From the NCBI GenBank assembly GCA_964188305.1, contig OZ076888.1: DNA of 64,000 nt; one strand, written 5' to 3'. The notes beneath the pieces were generated by a model. That model searched no databases. It was not told the origin of the DNA and worked only from the letters and a program-made list of their open reading frames with translations. The stretch's first letter is position 1, and every line of letters starts with the position of its first letter. Positions 26,646-40,390 of the stretch are shown one piece after another. The DNA comes from Podarcis bocagei (taxonomy: Eukaryota). The position numbers were made by a program, and so were the translations under genes.

Positions 26646-28361
26646 GTCTAGAACATTAGTAAGGGGGTAACAATGGAGTGGGGTGCAAGGGAAATCAAAG
26701 GGGGTGTTTGGGGGCATGGAAGCCCCACTTCCACACACAACTTTTGTCTCCCGATTCTGCTTTTGAGAAGAGGCACCTAGGCTTTGGAAATTTAATTTGG
26801 CAGCATAATGCGTTCTATCAGTCTGAGTCTCTTAAGTGTCACTGCAACCGGTGTTTCCTTGATTCTTTTATAGAACACTCTAGTGTCTATATGCTTAGCT
26901 GTAGGGTAATGCTTTCACGTATTCTGCAGTCCCTCTTCACAATGCCCACATTTACTGTGGCCCTGTTCTTTAATACCCCAATCCTGCAATTACCTGCTAG
27001 GCAGTTTGCTGGGGTCTCATGCTAACAAGATGCACTGCAGGTAAGCACAGCTCCTTAAACTTCCCAAAATCAGCTAAGAAAACTCCAGTGGTCATGGGCT
27101 GGAAGGTGGAATCAGGAGACCTGGGTTCAATTCCCTAGACTCAGTGAATAGCCTTAAAAAAAAAAACCTTTCCCAGGTTTAGTTCTCTATGTGTATAGCA
27201 TAAATAATGGCGACTCATCTCATCACAGAACTATCATGTGAAGATAAGTGAAGTAAAAATGTTGTTTCCCTCCCTGGGGCTTAGTGAGAGGGCATGACAC
27301 AAGTCTCCATTATTAAACAACTACCCCACCCTATCTGAAATGTCCTTAGGACATTTCTGTCTGACTTTGTGTACAGTCACTGTAACTGTTCCCTATTCAC
27401 ATTGGCACATCTTGTCTATGAAAACACCTTTGATCCGAGAGCAGCTTTTTGCTCTGGTGCTGTTTACCCACAGGCCCCACTGGTAATGCCAGTGAAGGAG
27501 TAAAGGCAACTTTTGGTGAGTTTCCTTAGGATTGAAACATGAAGCATGGATTTGGTGGTACAAAGAGGGAGCTATCAAAGGACAGAGCACTGCAGAGAAC
27601 TGTTCCTGAAGCACTAAATGCAGGGAAAGAACCTGGGGATGAATAGCTATGGGTAAATCTATCTAAGTATATGAACTATCCCTTTCTGTGGCTGATCCAC
27701 AGAGAACAAGGGAGTCTTTTACAGCCTATTTCAGAGCCTGGCTCTTTAGCGCAAGCTGTAGAGACTCACGCTTTCAGCTCTGGAGGTCCCCGTTTCAATC
27801 TCTGGGGTCTGTCAAGATGGCAGCCGTCACATATGCACCTATGAATCAGAAGGGAAAGTGTAGGTCCAGAATAAAAATTGAAAGCCCTAACAAAGCACAT
27901 TGATTACCCTGTTTTGCATGTGGTCCTCACAATGATGTCATCTATGACCTGGGGCTAAGTTATGCTTATAGCTACCCCAGACAATGGGCAGGCAAGCACA
28001 CACTCACTCACTCACTCACTCACTCACTCACTCTTGGCTTTCCTCATTTCATCCAACTTATCTTTGCTTTCAAACAGGAAAATTGCAGTATTATCTAATC
28101 AGCCTCCGTTACTTTACCACCAAAGAGGAAAAGGAGCACATTAGCAAATCACAAAGCTAGATAAATTGCTAATATTTTGTTACATACTCACTAACACACA
28201 AAGAATAAACTACAGTCTGATATGTATCTACACAATACAGGGGGTGTGGGGGTGCTGTTCTGAAAATACCATATTCACATTGAGTTTTCCCCTGCAACAT
28301 ATAATATTGCTTATCTCATGTCATGGCATCATCATGTGCACCTCCCTGCGTTTGACAGCAG

Positions 28362-28570
28362 CAGGGGCAGACTTTGGTAATACGGTGCCCTGAGCAAGGG
28401 CAAAACTTGGTGCCTCCCCCCCCCCCAATATTTATTATTTTCGCAGTAATTACTTTTGGTGCAGTTGCTTTTTAAATTGATCTTTTCAGTAGGTAGTTGT
28501 ATAAATTGTTGTTGCCATTTTGCGCACCCTGTGCAGGGGAACATCCCACACAACCCTAAATCCGGCGCTA
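28362..28570. mobile_element. hAT-like MITE; same family as the fragments inside the Pack-hAT (20101-20177, 20556-20575)
   Basis: Starts CAGGGGCAGACTTTGGTAATACGGTGCCCTGAG..., nearly identical to the reverse complement of 20101-20177; ends AAATCCGGCGCTA. Confidence 0.6.
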
Positions 28571-29729
28571 CCAGCAGCAGCAGCCAATAGCATGGACTGG
28601 GGGTGAAGAGAGACACACAATGCTGCAACCATGACACCATGTTACAGGTATAAAGGGAGAGTACTTGACATGGGGATGCCTATCATCTTGCTCATAATAA
28701 TACTTTTTTTATTTATACCCTGCCCATCTGGCTGGGTTTCCCCAGCCACTCTGGGCGGCTTCCAGAATATGTAGTTCTGCCCCAAGACACAAGGGAAACA
28801 CTTTGAAATAAATATTGGGGTTGCGGTTTGAAACTGCAGGCTATGTGAATTGATGCGAGAGGAATCTGACATTCCCAAAGACATATGTGAAAAACAGTAT
28901 TAATCTCAGAGTCACAACACTGGACATTAACCACTTAGCAGCTCTGATGGGGAAACAAGTAATGCAGGTAGTAAAACAATTGGAGAGTAGAGTTAATCCG
29001 TAACTGTGAGGGCTGGTGCCAGAGGCTGGCTCAGGCAGGCATGTGCTGGAGTGCAGAGCATTCTGAAAGGCCCAGTGAAGTGATTATGCCATCGTTCTCA
29101 CTCTGCCTGATATGCCAAGAAGACTGGAGGCTTTCTCAGAAGCATAGTGAGAAACAGCACAGAGGACTAGAGTGTATCTGTATGACAGACCAGTTGAGCA
29201 TATAAGCATGAAAATCTGCCCAATACGGAGTCTGACCACTGGCTCATCTTGCCCAGTGTTGACTACTCATTGACAGCAGCTTCCCAGGGTTTCAGTAATG
29301 GGTTTCCCACACCCTTGATACCCGATATCTGTAATTGGAAATGCCAGGGACTGAACCATGTGCAAGGCATGGGCTGCCTCAGGGAGCTACAGCCGCTGTC
29401 TCCGAAGTGAGAGCTTGATGGGGGAAAGCAGGATGGGAGGTTAGGGGAGAGAGACAGAACTAGGAAAGGAGGCCAGGGGAAAGGTGGAGGACAAAGTGGA
29501 CCTGATCCCCATGCCAGGGGATACCAGGTATAGCCGAAGATGACACCAGCCACATCTCTCCCTTATGCGTCATATGCCACTGACTGAAACCAGTGTACTG
29601 TGACCAGACCAGATACACTAGACTAGAGTGTTCAACAGGAACTTGACATAAAAAAAAATCATTCTAAAGAATTGAACTATAAGAAACCTGCCAATATAAG
29701 ATAAAACTAACTGTAGTCCAATTAACTTT

Positions 29730-29870
29730 GAGGAGAGCCAGTGTGGCGTATTGCTTAGTGTGTTGAACTTTGACCCAAGAGACTTGAGTTCAAATCTATG
29801 ATGAGCTGTGGGTGACTCACCTTTCCTTTGCCTAACTCCTCTCACAAGGTTGTTGTGAGGTTAAATACTG
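29730..29870 (+). mobile_element. Degraded tRNA-derived (MIR/Squam3-like) SINE
   Basis: GAGAGCCAGTGTGGCGTA... head, box B-like GAGTTCAAATC, and CACAAGGTTGTTGTGAGG core. Confidence 0.6.
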
Positions 29871-30659
29871 CCCTCATCCCTTCTGTGTCTAAATAAAATT
29901 TATAAATTACTAGAAACGTCCCTTCCTCACCCTACTCAAATTCACTGAGCTCAGGTGAGGACCTTGGGGTGCTCTGTAGTACATCCTGTTGCAAAGAGGT
30001 AAATGTAAAGTCTCTTCTGGAATTGGCTCCTTGCACTGCTCCTTTTATGCTGGGAATCCTAATCAGTGAGTCAGCTCCTTCTTACAGCTCCCAGGAAGGC
30101 AACAGTGATGTAGGAACTAGCTGAATCCCTGACTCCTCCCAGGTTGCCTTGGGCTCCAGGCATTATTAGGGCAGCATGAAAAGCAGCAGCTTCCTTGCTG
30201 CCAGGATAATGCCAGAAGGGGGGCTTAGATGACAAGATGCTACAGAAGACATTTCTCTTGTCTCTGTACCAGTTGTGCAGAAGAGGAAACTTTGGCGCAT
30301 GCAGCCTGACAAGTCATACTACCGCTGCAGGACTGATAAAAAACTGTACTTGTCAAGATTCCATCTTTTAAAAACTACTGAAAGCTTCAAAAGCTTGGTT
30401 CTTTATTGCTGTGTTTTTCAAACTGTGTTCTGGGGACCTCTAGAGTTCTTAATGAGAAAATCAGGAAACGTGGGCAAGCTGCCCAAGACAACATCTTTAT
30501 CACAACCAAATCCATCCCTGCCATGCAGAGCCACATGAGATTTTTTGGTAGCATGCTTCATTCAATGGGCTGGGCCCCATGTGCCTACTTTAAAACAGTG
30601 TTTCCCATCCTTTTTCTGACCACGGCCCCCTTTCAACATTGTTTCCTTCCTGTGCCCCC

Positions 30660-30747
30660 CATGGGCATAGCCAAGGGGGGCAGGGTAGCTGTCCCCCAGT
30701 AAGAGGTTCTGCCCACCCCCCTAACAAAAATCCTGGCTGTGCCCATG
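30660..30747. mobile_element. Tiny MITE (88 bp)
   Basis: TIRs CATGGGCATAGCCA / TGGCTGTGCCCATG; no clear TSD. Confidence 0.55.
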
Positions 30748-30803
30748 CCCCTGCCCCACCGGTAGAAAGGTAGCTATTTAAATGTTTTGTTTGTAAACAG
30801 AAC

Positions 30804-30842
<39 letters not shown>

Positions 30843-33800
30843 TTAAATAATAAAAAAGTCAGCAGACAAACCTCACAACCTGAGAGAAAAAGTAAGGTAA
30901 CAGACTATGTTTGGAAGATTTATTATTATTATTATTATTTGTTATATTACCCTTCAGTTGGAAGAGCCCAATCCTACTAGGAATTGCAATGAAGAAAAGT
31001 TTCTCAATATAGATTTAAGGGCACACTGACAGCAGCACTCAATAAACCACCCTCTCCCTTGTGTTCATCTCACTATTTACATATCTGAAAACTTCAGATT
31101 TTAAATGCTGCAGCCTTCAAACATTCTCATCATTTACGGGTCATCTTGCACGCTTATAATAAAGCAAGATATACTGACTCTTCTGAAAAGCTCTTCATAT
31201 ACACCTCAGAAATGAACTGCAGTGAACTACAACACACCAGAAGCAAGCTAATTTAAATTTTTCTGCACCATTTAACTGTTCCTGCTACTAGTACATCGTA
31301 CATTCATTTTAAGAAATTCCAACTGTGTTCAAAAGTTTCAGAGGAAGAGTAAGCTGACTTCAGGAAAGAAATGATGGAATTATCTGTACACTGACACCAA
31401 CTAAGAAACCAAACCTCTTTAACTGTGATGTATGGTAACCAGGTCAATAGATTTCTCATGATTGTGAGATGCAAATTGCACTTGACTTGCTCTCACTTAC
31501 ACATGCCTGAAACATGGACTTGACCCAATACGCTGGAAAAGTCACCGGATATTAACCTTCCTGTTCACTAAAGAGAAACAGGTATATCTTAACCAAACCT
31601 GCCAGCATCTTAAGATAGTACATGATGAGAACTGTGACTAAGGGCTCATCCACACTTGGCTTTGTTCTGCATTTCTAGCCACAGGTCTGGGCTTTGCAGG
31701 TCTGTGTCTGAGCACTTTTTATTTTTGTTTTTCCCTGGCGCATGGGTCTGTGCCTAGAGAGTGTAGGGTAAAGGACATGCCCTTGTTGTGCCTTTGGGGC
31801 CCTGCCTGCTTTCTGAAGCGGAGAGTTCCAGGATGACAATTCCATTGGTGAATTCCTTTTGACTATTCCTAGAGTCAGACTCTTACACTTGGAGGGGGGC
31901 AGTGAAGAATTTTCCTTTAGGCAGTGACTGAGATGAGGAAGTTGTCTTCTACTGCACTGCAGCACATGGCTTCGTTCATTTGAACCAATGGTCCTGAGGT
32001 ATTGGCCTTTTAAGTGCCTTTCTGAAAGGCAATGGGACTGCTTCTAGCCCACAGTGGGTTATCTGGGCATTTGCAGGGTCAGCCCAGGACATTTTGGTGC
32101 CCACGCAGAGCATCTTGTGCAAGCCTTAACAAAACAAATGGAAAATGCTGAGGATAACTACTCTGGTAGATTATACCTTCTGTTGCTCCAAGTCTGGCCC
32201 TCAAAATGGTGGCTTCACCTTGCCTCATGGCAAGATCTTCTGACTGCATTAATATACGGCTCCAAAGAAAAGCAAAAACTTAACAACTTTGGAAGGACCA
32301 ACTGAAAGTTACAAAGTAATGAGCTAGTAAGATGCTGTTGGTAAAGGGGATGCTGGAGGCACACCTGGCAATTCTTGGCAGATAAATGCAGTGAGTATTT
32401 GTGACAAGTGCAGAAGACTTCAAGTTGCTCCAAGGTATCCTGGGAGAAAGAACCTGTGCTTGCTGCACCGTATTACTGCAGTTACATATTGCAGTGGAAA
32501 CCCTCAAAAGGCCCTTTTTAAAAATGCACCTTTTTCTTCTCTCTCCTTCTTGTTCTTGCGGATATTTTTTTAAAAAAAGAAATATGTTACACTGTGCTTC
32601 TTTTTGGATTCCCCCCCCTAATGAATCAACATAGCTGCCTACATTTTTGCCTGCCTTGAATGAAATCTCTAACTTCAAAAGCTTGCTATTTCAAGGTTCA
32701 AGGTTTCTGCTCATCCTTGAGTTAGTGTGAGTGGAGTAGAAGAAACAGGCATGAGGGCATACATTGTGGTATGAGACAATAAGAATAAGGACAATTTAGG
32801 ATATCTATCAATGAAATGAAAAGAGGAATTTCTTTTTTTTTACTATGTGCAGGTGAGAGATACGCAAATAAAACTGTTTCTGTAAAACTCATTCACATGT
32901 CTCTTACATGTACTTTGTTTAATCTTCATCTAATAGAGACTTCTGTGTCCCAATCTGAATTAATTATTTCTATAGAGTTCTTTTCCTAAAGCTGTTTACA
33001 ACCCTTATCTCTGTTATCCTCCCAGAAACCTTCTGAGGTGAGACTAGGATGTAAGAGAGTGAGTTGTCAAAAGCCAAACACTATTCTGATGGACAGCTGG
33101 TGTGGTGTCGTGGGTACAATAACAGAGTTAGGCCAGGGAGATCATCACTCAACCATAAATCTCACTAGATGATACCTCTGCCTCTACCTCTACCTGTGAA
33201 AATAAATATGTAATCATGTACATCACTCTGAGCTCCTTGGAGGGGGAAGTAGGATAAAAATGTAGTAAGATAATACTTCATGGTTGAGTAAGTATTTGAT
33301 TCTTGGTTCACCATGTTCAATATTTTATCCACTGCATAAAATGCTCAAAATTTTACACCCCCTTGGCCTCAGATTTGGTGTATTTAGACCTACAAAGCCT
33401 AAGCACAGTATTTGATGAAATACTTACATGTTTGGCTTATGTGCTAAGGTATGCCATGTTAGCAAATTCCGCATTGCACATCAGACAGACAAACTATGTG
33501 GTTGCTCCCAGTATACAGCCACATTACTCCTCCCTTCATGTTTTTTACTCCTACCCTATGCTGAGTTGAGGTCTCATTCAAACCTGGGCTTGTACTTAAG
33601 CTCTCTCCTCACTAATCACAAGCTGTAGCCAAGAACAAACTCACTGTAACCAATGCAAACATTATGATCCTTAGGTGTAACCTGCAGAGCACCTAGTAGA
33701 AACCAAGGCTGCATTCCCACGACAATTTAATCCCCCATGATGTTTCCCTAACTGTTAAGGTCTGCACTATATTTGAGATTTCACTTCTTGAACTATTGTG

Positions 33801-36019
33801 GAATATAGCACTCCTTTCCATATTATCTGCACAATGTTTTTTTCTGGAAGCAAATAACACAGAAATAAGTACTAAACTTCCACTATATTCCACTAGAGTT
33901 CCGAAAGTGGCTTTTACATTGTGTCAAAGTTCAACGATAATGTGGAACTTAACAGTTAGGGGAAAGTCATGGAAACAAAATGAACTGGGTTGTGGATGTG
34001 GTCTAAGTCTGCCAACTCTTTCTATTAGAGAATGTTTTCAGTGATGAAGCAAGAGTATACCATTCCATTGGAAATCGGGTTACTAAACATTGTCTAAACA
34101 CTGTGACCACTGCAGCTTATTTCTCCCCAACCCCATGTGTCTTCCCTCTTTGCTTAACATCCAGCCTGATTTTATGGAGAACTCAAAAGGTTTCTCACCA
34201 TTTTGTGATACTTTAGTTGACCCTAATAAAGACCTTGACCTAATGAGGTTGTTGGTATATCCATTTGGAGAATAAGATGCTATAAATCATGCAAGCAGAT
34301 GGCAGAACCCAGCCCTCTTAAATTTAGATTAGGGAAAGAGATTGAAATTTTATTTAGAAGCTCAGTTTGGATGATTCTGGATTTGGAAGCAAAGCAGTTG
34401 GGATCCAAAGAACGGCACAATTGGTTCTAGACACCAAAGGTCTTGTGCTTCTCAAACAGCAGTCTCCACTTTTGAAAGGGGCTTTCAAAAGCAGTGTGTG
34501 ATATGGCACAGGTGTCTGCTGTTTAAAGCCGAAGAAGTCATCTGCCAGTGGCCATGCTCAAGTTATTGAGTGTGCCCCAAAGAACTCTTTAGAGCCCAGC
34601 CAAGAGTGTATAGCTGAGGCCAACCCCATAAACACTTGGTGCCCATGTAAACTCTACACAGAAAAACATACACAGCATGCTAGGAAAATGATAAAACTAC
34701 GCTGGAAAGGAAGATAGTTGTTACAGAAAATGCACCCCAGATATTGGATTTATCTATTACCATACTTTCAAATTATGGGATAGAATCACCTCCCCCCCTT
34801 CCAAAAAAGATTCTAATGTTGCACTCAATTCCGGCATTCAGGTAGACTATACACATACACACATTGCTACAGCCCCCCTACGACAAATCCCACCTGCTAT
34901 TAACATCCCACCTGTTACCTGTGTTCCAAAGACACTAAAAATGCCTAACAATCATTTGCAGCTTGACATACACAATTTCATCTTTATTGCATTTCACAGC
35001 ATCAGCCAGCCCTGTTTCATCCATGATTTATTCAACCCATGTGCCAGCATTCAAAGGAAATTTCTCCGTTTACCCCGTTAAGTAGCAAGGCATTAATTTT
35101 ACTTGTACTTATCAAAATACCTTAGGATTCTATATCCAGTTGATCCTTCAATAATGAGGATAACAATAATTTTAAAAACCGAACCAAGACACCCACCCAG
35201 TATTCTACCATTGCCTGTTGCCTTGGTAATCCAAACGCCCAGGAACTCACTGATTATCGGTGAATGGGAATGGCATTGTTCACACCGCAGTGCCTCTGCT
35301 ATGTTAATGTGAGATAATGGCAGCCAGAAGAATCCTTTTGTTCCCAGCTTTGCTGTTTATTCATAGTGCCTGGAGGTCAGCAATTGCTACAACAATCAGG
35401 AAAAGAGCTACTGAAACAGATTCCACTTCTGGGTTTTGTTTTGTTTTAATTTTTGCCTCCAAAACCAGAGAGAGAGGAAGAAGAAAAAAGCTCTGCACAG
35501 AAACCAGGGAACTGAAGGATGATCTACAGGGAGAGTGAATCAGAGAAGGTATAGCAGGCAGCATGAATGAAGGGTTTGATGGATTTGAGTCTGTAAATCC
35601 AGCTAGTATGCTAGTATGCATGCCCAAAGAACAGCAAAAATAGCTTTTGAAAAGAAGAGACAAGACATTATTATTTAGCATTTTTGCCCCCCTACATAAA
35701 CCCAGCCATGCCATGCTGATTAATCTATTTTAGATTAATTTTAATAGGTTAATCATTTGCAGTAACTAACTTTTTATTGGAATCAGTTCTTTCCAACATT
35801 AATCTATTATCACATTTCTATTTCTATTTATTTACATATTCACCAGCTTTGTGTGCTGTCCTTTCAATGAGTTCAGTGTGACATATGGGAGCTATCATTT
35901 TTTATCCTTAACAACAAGCCTGTGAGGTGGTATGGGCTCAAAGTGTGTGACTAGTTCAGGGTCACTCAGGAAATTTCCTGGCAGTGTAAGAATCTGATCT
36001 CCCAGATTCACATCCACTC

Positions 36020-36500
36020 AATGTGATGCTGCCCTTGAAAACGGCCTGGAGATCACAGCCAGAGCAAATTGCGACTGCCTGACTGATTTGGCCACTCACA
36101 GCTACATCACATCAATTATAAAAGGTATCTGCTGGCTTCCTATATGCTACCAAGCTGAATTTAAAGTTATAGTGTTGACATATGAAGCCCTGAGTGCTGG
36201 GAATCCATTATCTGAAGGGGCAATTATCTCTGCATTGCCCAGTCCATTATTTAAGATCTGCCAGGAAACGCCTTCTTGCTATATGTGGAATCTGGGGACC
36301 TGGTACTTGGAACAGGGCCTTCCTGGTGGTGGCAAGCCAATTGTGGAATATTCTTCCCTTAAAATCTGGATGATTAGTTTTATGCATAGCAGAAAACATA
36401 CTTCTTCCTACAGGCCTTCAGGAAAGGTGAGTGTGTCCATAGCCAAATCAATCCACCTGGTTTATCAGATGAATGAACTGCATTTTGCCTGCTGGTTTAA
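36020..36500 (+). mobile_element. Degraded L2-like LINE 3' ORF2 remnant
   Basis: Translates HSYITSIIKGICWLPICYQAEFKVIVLTYEAL, resembling the L2 C-terminal 'HITPVL..LHWLP....FKV..LT.KAL' motif. Confidence 0.6.
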
Positions 36501-37770
36501 AGATTTTTAATTAACTTTGTGGAGTATTTTATCATGTATTTTTATTGTCATGACCTGCTCTTTTGCTATAAGCACCCCCCCCACACACACACCCCAGATT
36601 CAAACCTGAGTTACAGTGTATAGCCAGGCGTGGCTGTACACCCATCAGGTGCTATCCCTACCAGACTCTGGCAAGGTGAAGCCATTTGCCTCGTCAGGCA
36701 GATCTGACCCTCTCCTTGTCGCTGTCAGCCCCACTGGGCCTTCAACCATGCTGCCACCACAGTGCTGTTGCCCTCACTGCTGTGTCCTTGTTGCTGTGTT
36801 GTGGTGACAGCGCACACACAGCTTAAGGCAAGGGTGCAGTTGTGGTGGTGGGGCTGGAAGCAGGGAGGGGGCTGGCATAGTGGGGATGGGGACATCATTG
36901 GGGCATTTTGCCTACAGCGGCTAAACATCTTGGGCCAGTCCTGCTCTGCACCTTAGCTCCCAACTACATCCCTTGAATCCCTGAGTTACGAGTCCTCAGG
37001 AAATGGGACGGTCCCACCTGCACCTGCTTCCTAATCTGATCTGCATCTTAGATGCAGGTAGATTCCTCATTCAAGCAAACATGGGACTTCATGTGTTATA
37101 TGAGGGGGAGACATAGGGCATGCACAACACATTATTACTCTTGTTGTGTTCCTGTCTGAAAAGGGCCTGAGCATCACTTCATGTGAAGGAAAACCATGAC
37201 TAGATCCACGTAACCATTTTTCTTGACTGCAAATCACTTACTGTCCTCAAAACGGAATTGGGCCATAAGAGGAAACCATTTAAGAATGCTACAGCTCATT
37301 ATTAGAATCCATATTTTAATATTTTCTTTCTCACCCTTTTTTAAAAAAAATACAGATGAACAACAGCACCAAAGCAGCCTACCCCTTCGCCAAATAAGTA
37401 TATTCTTGGAGTTAACATTTATTCACCCAACCAAATTAATCTTCTCAGTTAATGTTCTCCAGGCTTGATTAATCTAGAGACTAGAGAATGCTTGATTATT
37501 ATTTTTTGAGGGGGGGGGAGGAGGATGTAGTGGGACCTTAATGAAAACCACCAAGTCCCCCTGGCTTCCTTTCAGTTTTAGCCAAATTGTGCCCACCCTT
37601 TTCTAGAAGCCTTCAAAAAGTAGCAGGTAACTTGGCAATTAAGACGGCCGTGTCATCTTCGTAGGAATGATTGCAAGCACTTGATTTCTGTAGGCTCAAA
37701 TGTGTTGTGGATCAAGACCTATGCAGCCTCTCAGTTTCACTATCAGTTGAGGAAAAGGGGAGAGCGAAGC

Positions 37771-38024
37771 AGAAGAAGAAGAAGAGTTTGGATTTGATAT
37801 CCCGCCTTTCACTCCCCTTCAGGAGTCTCAAAGCGGCTAACATACTCCTTTCCCTTCCTCCCCCACAACAAACACTCTGTGAGGTGAGTGGGGCTGAGAG
37901 ACTTCACACAGAAGTGTGACTGACCCAAGGTCACCCAGCAGCTGCATGTGGAGGAGCGGAGACACGAACCCGGTTTCCCAGATTACGTGACTACCGCTCT
38001 TAACCACTACACCACACTGGCTCT
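37771..38024 (-). mobile_element. Full-length tRNA-derived SINE (Squam3-like), relatively young
   Basis: Minus strand begins AGAGCCAGTGTGGTGTAGTGGTTAAGAGCGG (box A), has a GGTTCG box B-like motif, a GGGTGACCTTGGG core and a (CTT)n tail. Confidence 0.85.
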
Positions 38025-40130
38025 TTGATAAGCAGCTGCTTATCAAATGATTTTACCAAAATAAACTATGGTATACGTATTACAAGAATGCAGTAAGTCT
38101 AAATTTAGCTTATGAATTGTAAGCACTGATGTCAGCTGATGTCAGACTTCCAGGTCATGGTTCTTTCTGTATTTTTTTAAAGGTTATTATGTTCTAGATA
38201 TGATTCAACAAACCACATAATCAAAGGGGTTCTTCCTATGACTGGTACAAAAATATTAAAGCAAAAGGGAGTGAAATGGCCAAAATCCCTTCCTTGTCCT
38301 CAAGCTTGAAAAGAACACCTATATGATATTTCAGATGAACTTCATGGATGCCTAATAATGCTAATAAATAATAAAGCCCCTAACTGAATTAGTAGTTAAT
38401 TTCATCTTCCATTTAATTTTATCAAACCTCTGGAATCAAATCACTTGTATTTTTTTAAATAAAAAAAACTTCATCTCTTTATTTTAATCAATTCTGATTT
38501 CTCTAAGAAAGCATCCAAATACGATCACTGGTTGTAAGGAAATTGCCATTTAATTAATATTGAAGGCAAATTTGGGGATGATAGGAGATAAAAAAGGAGC
38601 CAAAAAGACTTGCGATAACAGAAAATGCTGCAGTGAGCAGCTGTGTGTTTGCAGACATTGTTACTGACACTGCAAAGCATTAACATGTGCTATACAAGCT
38701 GCAACAAGCACCTTACTAAGTGTACAAAGCACAACAAGGTAAGGAATGGCTCTGAATGACTACTAAGTAGATGCTCTTGTTGAAACCAGGACAGGGTTTG
38801 GTGTGCGCATGCCTTCTTTAATTTACAATTGTTTTTAAAAGCTTGATTTTGTCAGAAAATTATGCTCTAATTACCTGCTGCCAATTGAGTTCACATTAAG
38901 CATGTCTAGGTCTTCGCCTGACCATGCAAAGGGTTGAACTATGGGTGGGGCACACAAACCCTGCCCCCAAAGTTTCTGAACTTACAAGTCTTCTCTTCCC
39001 TGTCTTATCAAGGTTCCTGATTGTGGACTGGTTCACTTAGAAATCCCCTTCAGACCTTCATGCTAAATGCACAAAGGTCTGCAGAGAAACCGTGTAGTAG
39101 CTGAAGCAGTTGGAGCTGGGTATAACATTCACCCTGGTTAAAATACTGTGTCTGCCACATACTCTCTTGCCTTAGACAAGCCTTCTCATGCTCCTCTGCA
39201 AACTGACCTGGCTGATGTGGGGCTAATTTAGATAATGCATGGGAATTGTTTTGAACATTTCAAATGCACAACGCAAATGCAAAATATACATGCTAGACCT
39301 TCCTTTTTCATCTTTTCATTATTTTTTAGGATCAAAAGGAATATACTGGGCACAATTCAGCAATTTTAATTTTTAAAAATATTTTCTATATTGCCCTTAA
39401 TTGCAAGTGATCCCAATGTAGTTTACACACAATCCAATGAAATCAATGCAAACCCAGGCCACAATTTGTTTTCAGTTCTGTACCCCTTCTACAGCTCAGC
39501 ACACATATCCCACAAGCTACTTGAACATTTATTCTGAGTTTAAGACTGTGCATATCCTAAAAAACAACAATATTCCCAGTTCTCTCTTAAGATAACTTAC
39601 TAGATTTACAGAAAAGCTTTGTCTTCTAAGCAACTCTGCCTCCAGAATTTAAATCTACACTTCAGCTGGGGACCATAAAATACTTCATAGACTGTTTTCT
39701 CTGAACAGACTATTTTCTGATTCAGTTAATCTGGGAATTATAGCAATAACAACTGGTATATTTAATATAAACATCAGCAGCTGTATAATTGAATGCTGTT
39801 ACCTTAGACCTTAGAAATCACATGCTCATTATACAATGAAGTTTCTGGGGGAAAGTGGTACAAGTGCAAAATGTGCTGAATGTTGACATTCTCACGTGAA
39901 TGCTGATAATCTCAGATGATGTGTGTGAATGTCCAAATGTAGAAATGTCATTACTTTTCAGACATTCACCACTGAATACTGACAGGTGACTGTCAACATT
40001 TGAAGATTTATTCTTGAGCTTTCAAATATTCACAGAATTTGCCTCTGACAATCAATTTGAATGTGTGAATGTCACCAAAAATTGGAAACCTCACTGTAAC
40101 ATATTGATGGTTTCAGGGCACTAAAAAGTA

Positions 40131-40390
40131 CCGTATTTTTTGCTCTATAAGACTCACTTTTTCCATCCTAAAAAGGAAGGGGAAATGTTGTGTGCGTCTT
40201 ATGGAGCGAATGCAGGCTGCGCAGCTATCCCAGAAGCCAGAACAGCAAGAGGGATTGCTGCTTTCACTGCGCAGCGATCCCTCTTGCTGTTCTGGCTTCT
40301 GAGATTCAGAATATTTTTTTTCTTGTTTTCCTCCTCCAAAAAGTAGGTGTGTCTTGTGGTCTGGTGCGTCTTATAGAGCGAAAAATATGG
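40131..40390. mobile_element. Tc1/mariner-type MITE with internal palindrome
   Basis: TA|CCGTATTTTTTGCTCTATAAGAC ... GTCTTATAGAGCGAAAAATATGG; internal inverted repeat at 40231-40301. Confidence 0.82.

Noticed and set aside
37960-38024. tRNA gene
   Set aside because: It is the tRNA-derived head of a SINE that continues into core and tail sequence; no complete cloverleaf.
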